From NCBI GenBank assembly GCA_045594565.1, contig JAZNYT010000002.1, forward strand, positions 1,824-65,823: a stretch of DNA of 64,000 bases, written 5' to 3'. Below are positions 63,163 to 64,000 of the stretch, one piece after another. Position numbers and translations under genes: made by a program. The notes below the pieces were generated by a model. That model was given only the letters and a program-made list of their open reading frames with translations. It was not told where the DNA came from and ran no database searches. The DNA is from Eubacteriales bacterium (lineage in GTDB: Bacteria > Bacillota > Clostridia > Oscillospirales > SIG627). Every line of letters begins with the position of its first letter. Positions within the stretch are counted from its first letter, which is position 1.

Positions 63163-64000
63163 ATGTGTAACGCAAACGAAAAGTGCGAGAAGAAGACACT
63201 CGCAACCACATATAATCCCAAGGATTTTGAAGACAGACTCTACAAAAGCTGGGAAGAAAGTGGATACTTCAAGCCCTCTGACGACCATAGTAAAACACCC
63301 TTTACTATTGTTATACCACCACCTAACGTAACAGGACAGCTCCATATGGGCCACGCCCTTGATAATACTCTTCAGGATATTCTTATCCGTACCAAGCGTA
63401 TGCAGGGATATAATGCCCTTTGGGTACCCGGCACCGACCACGCAGGCATTGCAACTCAGATCAAGGTTGAGGAATATCTCCGAGTAAACGAGAATAAGAC
63501 CCGCTATGACCTTGGACGCGATGCTTTCCTTCGCCGTGTATGGGAATGGAAGGAGCAGTATGGCGGAACTATTATAAATCAGCTTAAAAAGCTCGGTTCC
63601 TCCTGCGACTGGACAAGAGAAGCATTCACTATGAGCCCCGAGCTTTCCAAGGCTGTAAAGAAAACCTTCGTTTCTCTTTACAACAAGGGACTTATATATC
63701 ACGGATACAGAATTATCAACTGGTGCCCCAAGTGCGCAACAGCTCTTTCTGATGCCGAGGTTGATTATAAAGACCTTCCCGGTAATTTCTGGCATATCAA
63801 GTATCCTATAGAGGACAGTGACGAGTGCCTTATTATTGCAACAACACGTCCCGAGACTTATTTCGGTGACTCTGCCGTTGCAGTTCATCCCGACGATGAA
63901 AGATATAAGCACCTTGTAGGCAAGAACGTTATACTTCCTCTCATCGGCAGAAAGATTCCGATTATTGCCGATGAATACGTTGATATGGAGTTCGGTACCG
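63163..64000 (+). CDS. valS: valine--tRNA ligase, N-terminal 279 codons (continues beyond the window)
   Basis: My own translation gives [37 protein letters not shown] and [13 protein letters not shown]. The frame stays open to position 64000. It is absent from the ORF track because no stop lies in the window. The long antisense ORF 63034-63912 is its shadow. Confidence 0.9.
   Translation, partial: MCNANEKCEKKTLATTYNPKDFEDRLYKSWEESGYFKPSDDHSKTPFTIVIPPPNVTGQLHMGHALDNTLQDILIRTKRMQGYNALWVPGTDHAGIATQIKVEEYLRVNENKTRYDLGRDAFLRRVWEWKEQYGGTIINQLKKLGSSCDWTREAFTMSPELSKAVKKTFVSLYNKGLIYHGYRIINWCPKCATALSDAEVDYKDLPGNFWHIKYPIEDSDECLIIATTRPETYFGDSAVAVHPDDERYKHLVGKNVILPLIGRKIPIIADEYVDMEFGT

Noticed and set aside
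63034-63912. Long ORFs antisense to recognised genes: 63034-63912, 54754-55464, 19690-20379, 27464-28144, 11834-12535, 12354-13007, 32967-33626, 62330-62962, 39954-40580.
   Set aside because: Each lies entirely opposite a gene with strong family motifs (valS, nagB, gerA-like, and others). Each has a low-complexity or odd composition and lacks an RBS. They are typical shadow ORFs of codon-biased genes, not overlapping genes.

Overview
This window looks like core chromosome of a low-to-moderate GC endospore-forming Firmicute (Clostridia-like), tightly packed on both strands. I found no rRNA, CRISPR array, IS element or prophage. The recognisable backbone is sporulation genes: spoIVA, spoIIGA-sigE-ymxH, the complete spoIIIAA-AH operon, two CotF-like coat genes, a SpoIID-domain protein, an orphan GerA-family subunit and a SpoVB/MurJ-like flippase. 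These sit among housekeeping genes (yajC, nrdR, dinB, pfkA, nagB, kdgK-eda, rlmD-like, tmcAL, addA, 5' end of valS, comEC-like) and a scattered set of sugar enzymes: four xylose-isomerase-like TIM barrels and two Gfo/Idh/MocA oxidoreductases. There is one tRNA-Arg(CCU). Four things deserve a second look. (1) sigG exists only as a promoter-less 3' fragment (from region 2.4 onward) butted against the promoter of a divergent gene, and it is missing from its usual place after sigE. (2) The only long non-coding stretch (40.69-41.10 kb, just after the tRNA) holds a dense array of short palindromes punctuated by GATGAAATC/GATTTCATC, bracketed by a 12-nt duplication of the tRNA 3' end. A 19-nt inverted repeat that overlaps a terminator-like hairpin follows it. 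(3) A translationally coupled five-gene operon pairs tmcAL and a glycosyltransferase with a DUF5685-like protein, a J-domain protein ending in a cysteine string, and a small membrane protein. (4) Several genes lack their usual partners or domains: addA has no addB, the GerA subunit has no B/C partners, and ComEC has no recognisable nuclease motif. All functional calls rest on my reading of motifs in the translated ORFs. No database search was run.
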